55,972 nt of DNA, from positions 1 to 55,972 of the forward strand of contig JBKHBT010000012.1 of the NCBI GenBank assembly GCA_046542255.1. The letters run 5' to 3'. Below the pieces are notes generated by a model. The model ran no database searches. It worked only from the letters and a program-made list of their open reading frames with translations, and was not told the origin of the DNA. The DNA comes from Candidatus Zixiibacteriota bacterium. GTDB taxonomy: Bacteria > UBP14 > UBA6098 > JBKHBT01. The translations under genes were made by a program, and so were the position numbers. Positions 9,494 to 18,228 of the stretch are shown piece after piece. Every line of letters begins with the position of its first letter. The first letter of the stretch is position 1.

Positions 9494-10483
9494 ATGAAAA
9501 TTGGTATAACAACAACAATACCAGTAGAAATAATCTATGCAGCCGGGCATGTCCCCATCGATTTGAATAATTCACTTGTCAGCTCGCAGATTCGAGATAA
9601 ACTGATTTCCAGTGCAGAATACTCGGGATATCCCAGAAATATCTGTGGCTGGATAAAGGGAATCTATGGTTCTGTTATTCGAATGCTCGAAAAGGAAAAT
9701 CTATCTACTATAATTGCTGTAACACAGGGCGACTGTTCTAATACTCATGCCCTAATGGAAACACTGGAGCTTGCCGGTGTCCGCACGATACCATTTGCAT
9801 TTCCATATGATCGTTCCAGAAGGATACTAAAAGAGCAAATCGATGAGCTTGCAGATAAACTTGGCGCCGATTGGCCCAAAATCCGAAAATGGAAAAAACG
9901 TTTGGATGATATAAGGCATCTGGCACATCAAATCGATTTCATGACCTATGACAGCCTGAGATTTACAGGCCAGGAGAATAGCCTCGCACTCATAAATTGC
10001 TCCGATTTCAAATCTTCTCCGGATATTTTCGAAAAGGAACTTAAGGAAATGCTCGAAAAAAGGAAAACACAAAAGCGAGATGATAGTTTGCCCAGAATTG
10101 GTATGATTGGAGTTCCACCGATAATGCTCGATTTCCATGATACCATAGAAAATTATGGCTCACATATTGTTTTCAATGAGGTGCAAAGGCAATTTGCGAT
10201 GCCATTTGATACCGATGATATTTTGGAGCAATACCTTAAATATACTTATCCTTATTCTGTATTTCAAAGGCTGGATGATATCGATGAGCAAATCAAAAAT
10301 CGAAGAATCGATGGGCTTGTTCATTATGTGCAATCTTTCTGTTTTCGACAAATCGAGGATATGATATTCAGAAAGAAGCTCGATATCCCCATTCTCACAA
10401 TCGAAGGCGGCGACAACTTCGAAACAGATGAAAGACAAAAAATGAGAATACAAGCTTTCGTAGAAATGCTGGCTCGAAAATGA
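9494..10483 (+). CDS. 2-hydroxyacyl-CoA dehydratase family protein (HgdB/BcrC/BadD-like component)
   Basis: Start MKIGITTTIPVEIIYAAGHVPIDL resembles HgdB/D-component-family proteins, and it has conserved Cys residues. It overlaps by 4 nt (ATGA) the downstream activase gene. An alternative upstream start is at 9434. Confidence 0.5.
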   Translation: MKIGITTTIPVEIIYAAGHVPIDLNNSLVSSQIRDKLISSAEYSGYPRNICGWIKGIYGSVIRMLEKENLSTIIAVTQGDCSNTHALMETLELAGVRTIPFAFPYDRSRRILKEQIDELADKLGADWPKIRKWKKRLDDIRHLAHQIDFMTYDSLRFTGQENSLALINCSDFKSSPDIFEKELKEMLEKRKTQKRDDSLPRIGMIGVPPIMLDFHDTIENYGSHIVFNEVQRQFAMPFDTDDILEQYLKYTYPYSVFQRLDDIDEQIKNRRIDGLVHYVQSFCFRQIEDMIFRKKLDIPILTIEGGDNFETDERQKMRIQAFVEMLARK

Positions 10484-11253
10484 AAACCTATGGTATAGAT
10501 CTCGGTACAAGGAATATCAAAATTGCAGAATTTTCGAATAATGAGTTCCAATTTCGAATATTTGATACAGTGGATTTTTATAAGAATTATATCATCTCCA
10601 AAGAGGGCAGCTTCGAAATCGATCTCCAAAAATTACATATAAATGGCCAGATATGTGCGACAGGCTATGGACGTGAAATGGCAAATCTCACTGGCATTAG
10701 AAAGATATCAGAAATAATGGCTCATACAAAAGGCACAATATGGCAAACTGGGCTTTCTGATTTCATCCTCATCGACCTGGGTGGCCAGGATTCCAAAATA
10801 ATAGACATCGAAAACTACAATGTGCAGGATTTCAGGACAAATGACCGCTGTGCAGCATCGACAGGCCGATATCTTGAAAATATGGCGAATATTCTGGGAA
10901 TGAGTATCGATGAAATATCCAAATATCATCGAAATCCGGAGAAATTATCCAGCATTTGTGCTGTTTTTGGCGAGTCGGAACTTCTTTCGAAAATCGCTAT
11001 GGGTAGCTCGATTGAAAGTCTCGCATCGGGTGTGAACCATGCTCTTGTAAACAGGCTAAAGCCCTTTATTGCATCATTTATGTCCAAAACGATCGTCCTT
11101 ACCGGTGGTGTATCTAAAAGTGAAGCTATCCAAAAAATAATAGAAGAAAACTTCCAAACCGACCTTATAATCCCCCAATTTCCGCAGTTTAATGGAGCAA
11201 TCGGAGCGATAGCGGATATTATAGATATTGACATCACAAAGAGTATAATATAG
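10480..11253 (+). CDS. CoA-substrate-specific enzyme activase (BadF/BadG/BcrA/BcrD/HgdC ATPase family)
   Basis: N-terminal GIDLGTRNIK (ASKHA ATPase phosphate-1 motif) and DRCAASTGRYLE, matching the CAAGTGRFLE cluster-helix motif of HgdC-type activators. Confidence 0.7.
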   Translation: MKTYGIDLGTRNIKIAEFSNNEFQFRIFDTVDFYKNYIISKEGSFEIDLQKLHINGQICATGYGREMANLTGIRKISEIMAHTKGTIWQTGLSDFILIDLGGQDSKIIDIENYNVQDFRTNDRCAASTGRYLENMANILGMSIDEISKYHRNPEKLSSICAVFGESELLSKIAMGSSIESLASGVNHALVNRLKPFIASFMSKTIVLTGGVSKSEAIQKIIEENFQTDLIIPQFPQFNGAIGAIADIIDIDITKSII

Positions 11254-11415
11254 TCTTATATCCTTTATTTACAATAAATTACAATATTCATCTAAACAAA
11301 TATGCAAATAAAACAACTCTTTTAGCTAATTTTATGGAGCTTACGCATTTTTTACTTGACAAATGTTTTCTTATCGCTAAATATTATTAAAGGAATTTGA
11401 TGCACTGGAGATACT

Positions 11416-12420
11416 ATGCTGGGTGAGTTTTATAGTTTTGAAAAAAAAGATTTTGCAAAATTTATCTATAAATTAACAGAATATGGCAAAATCGCCAATT
11501 TTTTACCCCTTAAAGGCAAAAATCCTGCCCTTTCATTCATAAGTGAAAAAAATCATATCCAATTAGAAGATTTCGATTTCGATAGGCAATTGTCTATGGA
11601 CTCTCCGAGATTGCTTCTGCAGAAGCCATATGAGCAAATTGGTAAATTTGTCAACCCTACTGAAAAAGTCGTTTTCTTTGGTTTAAAAAACTGTGATATA
11701 TACTCTATCCTTATTCACGACAAAGTCTTTTTGTATAAAGAGCCTATCGATGAGAATTACAAAGAAATCCGAAATAATTCTATTATTGTTTCTTTCGATT
11801 GCCGAATTATTTGCGAGAATTGTTTTGCATCTTCTTTTCTTGACAATCCCTATCCAAGCGGCAATTTTGATTTGAATATTTCTATTGTCGATGATAGATT
11901 CCTGGTTCAAACCGGTTCCCAAAAGGGTGTTGAGATTATCGGCCAGCTCGAAAAAAAGAAAGCTAGCAATTCTGAAAAGCAACAGCTTTTCGATAAGCGC
12001 GAGATGCTAAAAACAGAATTTCAGAAGAGAAAAATCGACCTGGAAAATTTCTATCAGATAGAGAAATTAGAGTTTATAAATGAAGGCCTCGATGCTATTA
12101 CAGAACCCGATAAATGCCTTAATTGCGGCGCTTGCGATTATATTTGCCCCGCTTCTAATCAATTCAAGATACAATCGGGGTCCGAATATATTCATTCTAA
12201 ATGGTCAACGTTTTTTCAAAATTCAAACTTAGCTAGTTACAAATTCAAAGAGAGATTTATCTATAAATTTCTATATTTCAGGTATTTGTATAATTGCATC
12301 GCCTGTAGCGGATGCGGAAGATGTACAAATATCTGTCCGGGGGGGATCGATATAGCAGATATCCATAGAAAGCTAAATGCTTTCTTAGAAAGGCGTATAA
12401 ATGAAAACATCTCTATATGA
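11416..12420 (+). CDS. Fe-S oxidoreductase subunit, AsrA/HydB-like (C-terminal 2x[4Fe-4S] ferredoxin motifs)
   Basis: CLNCGACDYICPA and CIACSGCGRCTNICPGG motifs near the C-terminus. 334 aa. Translationally coupled (overlaps) with the next gene. Confidence 0.5.
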   Translation: MLGEFYSFEKKDFAKFIYKLTEYGKIANFLPLKGKNPALSFISEKNHIQLEDFDFDRQLSMDSPRLLLQKPYEQIGKFVNPTEKVVFFGLKNCDIYSILIHDKVFLYKEPIDENYKEIRNNSIIVSFDCRIICENCFASSFLDNPYPSGNFDLNISIVDDRFLVQTGSQKGVEIIGQLEKKKASNSEKQQLFDKREMLKTEFQKRKIDLENFYQIEKLEFINEGLDAITEPDKCLNCGACDYICPASNQFKIQSGSEYIHSKWSTFFQNSNLASYKFKERFIYKFLYFRYLYNCIACSGCGRCTNICPGGIDIADIHRKLNAFLERRINENISI

Positions 12421-13252
12421 TTTTGTCCCTGCTCAAATAATATCTATTCGTCAGGAGTCGAAAAAAACAAATACCTATTCTTTAAGGGTCGAAGAGCCTA
12501 TCGATTTTGCAATCGGGCAATTTATCATTGTGAATATGCCTTCGATTGGACAGTTTCCAGTTATGGGACATCCGATTTCAAAAAGCGGAGATATTTTAGA
12601 AATCACACTTTCCAAGGATAATGAACTTGAGAAAATATTTTGCATACAAAAGCACATCTCGGATACGATTATGATACGAGGCGGCTATGGCAATGCCTTA
12701 GATATATCATCTATGAAGGATAAAAATCTCCTTTTTATCGCATCCAATAGCGGCATAATCAATATAAAGCCAATATTTTACGGACTGCTGCAAGATAGAG
12801 ACAATTATCAAAAGATTGATATCAATTATAGTTCATGCAATTACGATGAATTGATTTACAAAGAAGAACACTCCCACTGGCAAGCTATCGATGATACACA
12901 ACTTACGATTTCACTCGAAAAGCCGAAAAAGGACTGGTCGGGTTATAAAGGAAACATATTAGACCTTTTATTAAAAAACCAGTTAAAATTAAAGAATACC
13001 ATAGCCTTTATTTCAGTAGAATCAAGATTATCAAGTTCAATAATGGAATATTTGCTTGCTCAGAATTTTGATAAGAAAAACATTTTCATAGTCTTATTAG
13101 AGGATATCAATTGCGGAGTTGGCAAATGCAGCAAATGCAATATCGGCCCCTATCTTAAATGCAAAGATGGGCCTATAATGAATTATTCTGATATTGAAAG
13201 ATTTCTTCTCAGCCACAAAAAAATGAAGAATATAGAAAGTGCATATGTCTGA
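12401..13252 (+). CDS. FAD/NAD(P)-binding oxidoreductase subunit, PyrK/HydG/AsrB-like with a C-terminal [2Fe-2S] motif
   Basis: TYSLRV (an RxYS-like FAD motif), GGYGNAL (NAD-binding) and C-terminal CGVGKCSKC...C. Confidence 0.6.
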   Translation: MKTSLYDFVPAQIISIRQESKKTNTYSLRVEEPIDFAIGQFIIVNMPSIGQFPVMGHPISKSGDILEITLSKDNELEKIFCIQKHISDTIMIRGGYGNALDISSMKDKNLLFIASNSGIINIKPIFYGLLQDRDNYQKIDINYSSCNYDELIYKEEHSHWQAIDDTQLTISLEKPKKDWSGYKGNILDLLLKNQLKLKNTIAFISVESRLSSSIMEYLLAQNFDKKNIFIVLLEDINCGVGKCSKCNIGPYLKCKDGPIMNYSDIERFLLSHKKMKNIESAYV

Positions 13253-14765
13253 TAAAAAATTAAAATGCCAATTCTGTAGCCTACAGGATGATATTTATAT
13301 TAACGAGTTATCATCCAATGATAAAAAAGATGCATTTTGTATCGACTATGATTCAACAAAGTCTGGAGTTTGCGCAAGAGGCCATTTGATGGCTAAATTA
13401 TATTCACATCCAAATAGAATAAAGGAGCCGCTTCTTTCTAATGAGAGAGCTTCATATGGCCTTGCCATCGAATCCCTCAGTCGGATGCTGGATAAAAATA
13501 CAGCATTTCTTCTCGGCCCAAGTTTGACTCTTGAGGATGCCTTATCAGCTATTAAGTTCTCTAAAGAATTGGGAAGTGACTTTGTATCTCTTGCTATTCC
13601 TGAAGATGAGACTGTTTCATTTCTCATGAATAGATTTTCTTTTGAGAGTTTCAATGACTCTAATCTAGTGATTATTGTAGGTGATGTATTAAGTACCCAT
13701 CCTACCATTTCTCGTTATTTCCTTTCTTTTTTCAAAAATGAAAATAAATCTTTGGTAGTAATCGATAATCACGAAACCGTTACATCTGGTTCGGCAGATT
13801 TGTTTTTACAGATATTACCCGGACAGGTTGGCGCATTCATTAAAGAGCTTGTCCGATATAATAATGAAGAATGGTCGAACCTGGATAAATATCGAATCGA
13901 TAAAAGCGAAATCGAGAGTTTTACCGATTTGATGAATGATGCTAAAAACCCGATAATTCTCTTTTCTAATAATTTTGGCCATTTCTATCAGCCAGAAAGA
14001 ATTGGCTATCAAGCGCAGAAACTGGCTCAATCCCTCGGTGATTCACATAATTTTGCATACCTCCCTATTGGTTCGAATAGTAGAGGCATATACAGGCTTC
14101 TTCGCCAGAACGATATGAAAAAGCTGCCTGAAACATTAAAAGCAATAGAATCCGGCAAGGTTAGCAAAATTGTTATGCTTCAAACAGACATCACTGAAGC
14201 AGTCCCAGCAATCGATCTTTTTAATATTGAAAGTATTATCCAGAGCACTTTATTGCCAACAGCTATTACGCCTTACTGTCATATAGTACTGCCAGGATTG
14301 CTTCTCGGTGAAAAAAAGGGCACATTATTGACTCTTGAAGAAAAACTCGAGAGACTAAATCCTATCAAGAATAAATACAACATCCTTCAAGAAAATCGCA
14401 TATTTTCTGGAATGGCGGGAATCTTAAATGGCATTACTCAAAAAGAAATAGCAGAAATTTTGAAAAGTTACCGGCAACCACCTAAAAAATCTGGCACTTT
14501 TTTTGCTATAAACAAACCTGTTTATATCGGCTTTTCTGAACCATTTCATCATTCAGATGGCTCTTTAACACGCTCCCTTTTACAAAATGATACCGATAAA
14601 TTCAAAGAAAAACTTTCTTTGAAGAAGGCAATGGATAATCCTGTCATAACTGATTTTGACCAAAATGATGAAAAATCGATTATAATGACACCGGTACATA
14701 TTCCAGAATTTAGAAGGCTTTTTACTCGTAAATTTGAACCCGGTATAATGCAGATGAAAGGCTAA
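13239..14765 (+). CDS. Truncated MopB-family (molybdopterin oxidoreductase/formate-dehydrogenase-like) protein. It has the N-terminal Fe-S domain but no apparent catalytic Cys/Sec and no C-terminal molybdopterin-dinucleotide-binding domain.
   Basis: N-terminal C-x2-C-x(n)-C...CARG. Motifs IIVGDVLSTHPT (the G.N...THP block), VVIDNHETVTSGSADLFLQILPGQ (the vvDPR.T.TA..AD.hL.irPGTD block) and HIVLPGLLLGEKKGT. Only 508 aa. Confidence 0.55.
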   Translation: MHMSDKKLKCQFCSLQDDIYINELSSNDKKDAFCIDYDSTKSGVCARGHLMAKLYSHPNRIKEPLLSNERASYGLAIESLSRMLDKNTAFLLGPSLTLEDALSAIKFSKELGSDFVSLAIPEDETVSFLMNRFSFESFNDSNLVIIVGDVLSTHPTISRYFLSFFKNENKSLVVIDNHETVTSGSADLFLQILPGQVGAFIKELVRYNNEEWSNLDKYRIDKSEIESFTDLMNDAKNPIILFSNNFGHFYQPERIGYQAQKLAQSLGDSHNFAYLPIGSNSRGIYRLLRQNDMKKLPETLKAIESGKVSKIVMLQTDITEAVPAIDLFNIESIIQSTLLPTAITPYCHIVLPGLLLGEKKGTLLTLEEKLERLNPIKNKYNILQENRIFSGMAGILNGITQKEIAEILKSYRQPPKKSGTFFAINKPVYIGFSEPFHHSDGSLTRSLLQNDTDKFKEKLSLKKAMDNPVITDFDQNDEKSIIMTPVHIPEFRRLFTRKFEPGIMQMKG

Positions 14766-14767
14766 AA

Positions 14768-15208
14768 TTGAATGCTAAGCTCTCAAAAAGGCTTTATCTA
14801 GAAAAAGATCTTTGCATAGGCTGTATGGCATGTGTGTTTGCGTGTAAATCAGCTCATGATGGAATAAACCATATGCAATATTGCAATTTTGAATCCAATT
14901 TCTATCTTCCCAATCCTTGCCGAAATTGTAATATCCCAATATGCAAGGATGTTTGCCCGGTAGATGCAATCGAGAAAACCGGAAATGGAACAATCAAATT
15001 AAACAAGTCAAAATGCATCGCATGTGGCTCCTGTCATATTGCCTGCCCATTTGGTTCGGTCGTAGAAAATGATAAATTAGTTTATTCAATATGCGATCTT
15101 TGTTATGATACTATATACCAGAACAATCCAGCGTGCATTGCAACATGTCCAACAAATGCTTTGAAAACAAAAAGACTTAAAATTAAAGAATCAGAGAAAA
15201 AATTATAG
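14768..15208 (+). CDS. 4x[4Fe-4S] ferredoxin-type subunit (HycB/FdhB-like)
   Basis: Four Cys clusters of the CxxCxxCxxxC(P) type in 146 aa. Confidence 0.7.
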   Translation: MNAKLSKRLYLEKDLCIGCMACVFACKSAHDGINHMQYCNFESNFYLPNPCRNCNIPICKDVCPVDAIEKTGNGTIKLNKSKCIACGSCHIACPFGSVVENDKLVYSICDLCYDTIYQNNPACIATCPTNALKTKRLKIKESEKKL

Positions 15209-15655
15209 ATGAAAACAATAGCTGAAAAAATCACTAAATTTCTTGGCGAAAAAATCGATATCCATATCGAAACAATGGGCAATCGAATCTATATATCGGT
15301 CGCTATTGATGATCTTATTGAATTGATGAGTCTGGTGAAAAATGAACTTAATTGCGAATTTTCCGCTGCTTCTGGTTTTGCAGAAAGTGACGGTTTTGTT
15401 CTTGTGTATATGCTTTTTAATAATGAAAAAAGTTATATGGCCAATATTAGAACAACATTAAAAGATGGAAAAGCAATCTTTCCATCTATCAAAGAAATCT
15501 ATCCCGAAGCAAATTGGGCTGAGAAAGAGCTTGCAAATAGATATAATATCGAGTTCAAAGATAGTCAAAACAAAACTTCCGAGAAAAATGAAAACGATGG
15601 CATCATCGATGTATATGCATCTGTGTTAGACCTTGATGTCGAAAGTATTATTTGA
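15209..15655 (+). CDS. NuoC/EchD-like 30-kDa-subunit-family protein (complex I/group 4 hydrogenase accessory subunit homologue)
   Basis: The C-terminal WAEKELANRYNIEF matches the WHEREVYDMFGIVF block of NuoC/HycE-N. 148 aa. Confidence 0.5.
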   Translation: MKTIAEKITKFLGEKIDIHIETMGNRIYISVAIDDLIELMSLVKNELNCEFSAASGFAESDGFVLVYMLFNNEKSYMANIRTTLKDGKAIFPSIKEIYPEANWAEKELANRYNIEFKDSQNKTSEKNENDGIIDVYASVLDLDVESII

Positions 15656-16217
15656 TATGGCTAATGGTATCATAAATAAGATTAGTACTGGATTACGAAA
15701 TATTATATCATCTGAAGAGCAGTCAAAAGAAGAGAATAGAATTAATGATGAGATAATCCTTTTCGATCCAGACAATTGCATTTTATGCGGCCTTTGTGCC
15801 AAGCATTGCCCAATAGACTCCATTCAAATACACGACATAAATGAAATACGTACAATAATTAGAGATCATTCAAAATGCTTGAAGTGCAATAACTGTATCG
15901 ATATCTGCCTAATTGGAGATGGTTCAATACAACAAGAACTAAACTGCATAGAGTCTGAAGAAATCGATAGTATTAGCAAAGAGCTAATCAGATGCGAGAA
16001 ATGTAGAAAACCAATCGGATCAAAATCATATCTTGAACATGTCGGAAATAAAATGTCCGATAAGATCTATTCCAATAAAACCCTACTCTACTTAAAATTT
16101 AAAAAATTAGGCATCATGGGCGAGAAAGAAAAATATCAAACGCGTCATTCTATCAATAATGATATTGAAATAATCTGTCCCAAATGCCGTATCAAACTTG
16201 AGATAGAGCAAAAATAA
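15633..16217 (+). CDS. 2x[4Fe-4S] ferredoxin (NuoI/EchF-like) with a C-terminal CxxC...CxxC zinc-ribbon
   Basis: CILCGLCAKHCP and CLKCNNCIDIC motifs, plus CEKCRKP...CPKCR at the C-terminus. Confidence 0.6.
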   Translation: MMSKVLFDMANGIINKISTGLRNIISSEEQSKEENRINDEIILFDPDNCILCGLCAKHCPIDSIQIHDINEIRTIIRDHSKCLKCNNCIDICLIGDGSIQQELNCIESEEIDSISKELIRCEKCRKPIGSKSYLEHVGNKMSDKIYSNKTLLYLKFKKLGIMGEKEKYQTRHSINNDIEIICPKCRIKLEIEQK

Positions 16218-16300
16218 TTTTTTAAAAAGCTCTCTTTAATCTTGTAGAATCTGTTCATGGATATTAAATTTAAATTAACATTTATAAAGGAGGTTCTATT

Positions 16301-17692
16301 ATGGAACTCAAGAGATTACTGGTTTTATTTTCTATCATTGCCATCCTCTTATTTGCTTTCGGTTGCCCGGATGATGATGATGATGATGACAATAATAGCA
16401 ATGATGATGACTCAGCCATGTACGAAGCATCTGGCGCAGTCGATTCTAATGGAGAATTATTGCTTGAAACAGAAAGTGGCGCAAAGCTTGCAATTCCTAG
16501 ATATGCTGTACCATTGACTATCGAAGAAGAAACAGGCACAATGGTCTTTTCTATAGAAAGAGATTTGTCTATAAGCCCTGTTTTGGATGAAGGGGCATCG
16601 AGTGCTTCTGATGTCTATCGCTTTGGGCCTGATGGTTTCGTTTTTGCTTCACCAGTTAGAGTAACAATACCTATCGATAATTTCGATGAGTCCAAGGAAT
16701 ATGAGATTTATCGTATTAATCAGACAACAGGTGAAGCCGAAGTATATTCATCATTTATCGATGAAGAAAATGCCACGATTTCAGCATATACATATCATCT
16801 TTCACCCTGGGCAATCTCAGAAAGAGAATACCGGGAACGCTCTGGTGGGGCCGTTCGCATTTCAAATACGAGTTCGACACATGCACTTCATGTCAGCGTA
16901 GCGGATTTCGTACCGGCCTATCCCATGGCAGATACAGTTACCTGTTCGCTCTATGATGCATATTTTCCGGCATTAGGCTCCGGTTCTTTTGTGGCCAGTA
17001 GCGGACTTTGGCATCTTCCACAGGGCACATATACCCTATGTTTCCGCATGTCGGAACAGGGCACTTTCATGAATCCACCAGGCGATCCTGTTCGCTGGTA
17101 TGAGCATGATGTTATAATTGATCAGCCCTGGTCAAGAACCAGTCCAAATATTTCGGATGAGTTCTCATATGGCCGTCCATCCGATGATGCTGTCGATGGC
17201 TTTTGTGATTGCCGTCCAGAACCGACTCCTTCAGCTGGAACCGGCGATGTTCAGGTAACATTGACATGGCATAATTCTGATCCGATAGACCTCGACCTCT
17301 GGATAATTGAACCAGATAGTACAGTATGTAATTATGCTACAACCCCAACTGCAAGCGGTGGCACTTTAGATAGAGACAATCTCTGTGGATCAACCTATAT
17401 CAATGGAAGGCCCGAGAATATCTTCTGGAGCTCCGCACCTGAAGGTACATATCGCGTTCAAGTTGACTGGTTTAGCGATTGTGGCAATGGCATGAGTTCA
17501 CAGGGCTATGATGTCAGAATTGTAAATGGTTCAGATGTCAGGACATTCTCAGGAACAATCCAGGCAGAAGAGACAATCGATATTGCAACATTTACCGTAT
17601 CAAGGCCTTCATTAGCAAAATCTTCGGGTAATTCGATATTCTATATCGGCCAGAAGACAGAAAGAATTGCCGAAAGGCCACCGAAATATTAA
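16301..17692 (+). CDS. Secreted or lipoprotein with a poly-Asp linker and a C-terminal proprotein-convertase P-domain-like beta-sandwich
   Basis: Signal peptide ending in FGC, followed by a D7NNSND3 tract. The C-terminus DLDLWIIEPDSTVC...GTYRVQVDW fits the P-domain/PPC pattern. Confidence 0.5.
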   Translation: MELKRLLVLFSIIAILLFAFGCPDDDDDDDNNSNDDDSAMYEASGAVDSNGELLLETESGAKLAIPRYAVPLTIEEETGTMVFSIERDLSISPVLDEGASSASDVYRFGPDGFVFASPVRVTIPIDNFDESKEYEIYRINQTTGEAEVYSSFIDEENATISAYTYHLSPWAISEREYRERSGGAVRISNTSSTHALHVSVADFVPAYPMADTVTCSLYDAYFPALGSGSFVASSGLWHLPQGTYTLCFRMSEQGTFMNPPGDPVRWYEHDVIIDQPWSRTSPNISDEFSYGRPSDDAVDGFCDCRPEPTPSAGTGDVQVTLTWHNSDPIDLDLWIIEPDSTVCNYATTPTASGGTLDRDNLCGSTYINGRPENIFWSSAPEGTYRVQVDWFSDCGNGMSSQGYDVRIVNGSDVRTFSGTIQAEETIDIATFTVSRPSLAKSSGNSIFYIGQKTERIAERPPKY

Positions 17693-17842
17693 GTGTTTAG
17701 CTAGATTTCATTTTTTTCTGAAAAAAAAAAGAAAAAAGCTTGCATAATAAATTATACGCCCTATATTAATAATGATAAGTTCTTATTAATGTAGTTTTGT
17801 TTCGGGGTTAGGGCACTGATACTAAATTTTTTAAGAACTTAG

Positions 17843-17872
17843 GGCGGCTTTTATAAAGCCGCCTTTTTTATT
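17843..17872 (+). terminator. Rho-independent terminator
   Basis: Stem GGCGGCTTT/AAAGCCGCC followed by TTTTTTATT. Confidence 0.65.
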
Positions 17873-18111
17873 ATATGGGGCTTTAGTCTGAAGTTCCACA
17901 GCCATTTCAAAAGCTACCCCAATCCACGCAAGGCCTTGCGCTGATTTGGGGGTTCACTTGGCATGACTACATTTCGATTTTCTCGATTAACTCCAGTGCT
18001 TTATGCTGCTTCTTATCTTGCTTGGTGACAGTTTCAAATGTCAGATTCTTGCTTTTTTCATGTATAATTTTGCAAGTGTTTTTCACAATTGTCGATAATG
18101 ATGAAAGAAGT

Positions 18112-18228
18112 GTTTATTTTTTATAGCCATATATTATAGAAAATATATATATTTTATAATATTTTTTGTAATGGTACCACTTATATTTTAGCCAAAAAGT
18201 ATGACAAGACGCAACAGCGCATTGCCTG
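18112..18228 (+). repeat. Copy C (degenerate) of the ~115-bp repeat family
   Basis: TTTATAGCCATATATTATAG...TTTTAGCCAAAAAGTATGACAAGACGCAACAGCGCATTGCCTG aligns with copies A and B. It lies in a convergent intergenic region. Confidence 0.6.

Noticed and set aside
13239-14765. Selenocysteine (TGA) recoding in the Fdh-like gene
   Set aside because: The ORF is continuous for 508 aa with no in-frame TGA, and the next gene is in a different frame. Truncation, not recoding, explains the short length.
16257-16517. ORF encoding a poly-Met run (MMMMMMTIIAMMM)
   Set aside because: It is an alternative-frame reading of the GAT(n) repeat that encodes the poly-Asp tract of the real gene at 16301-17692, and it lies wholly within that gene's 5' region.
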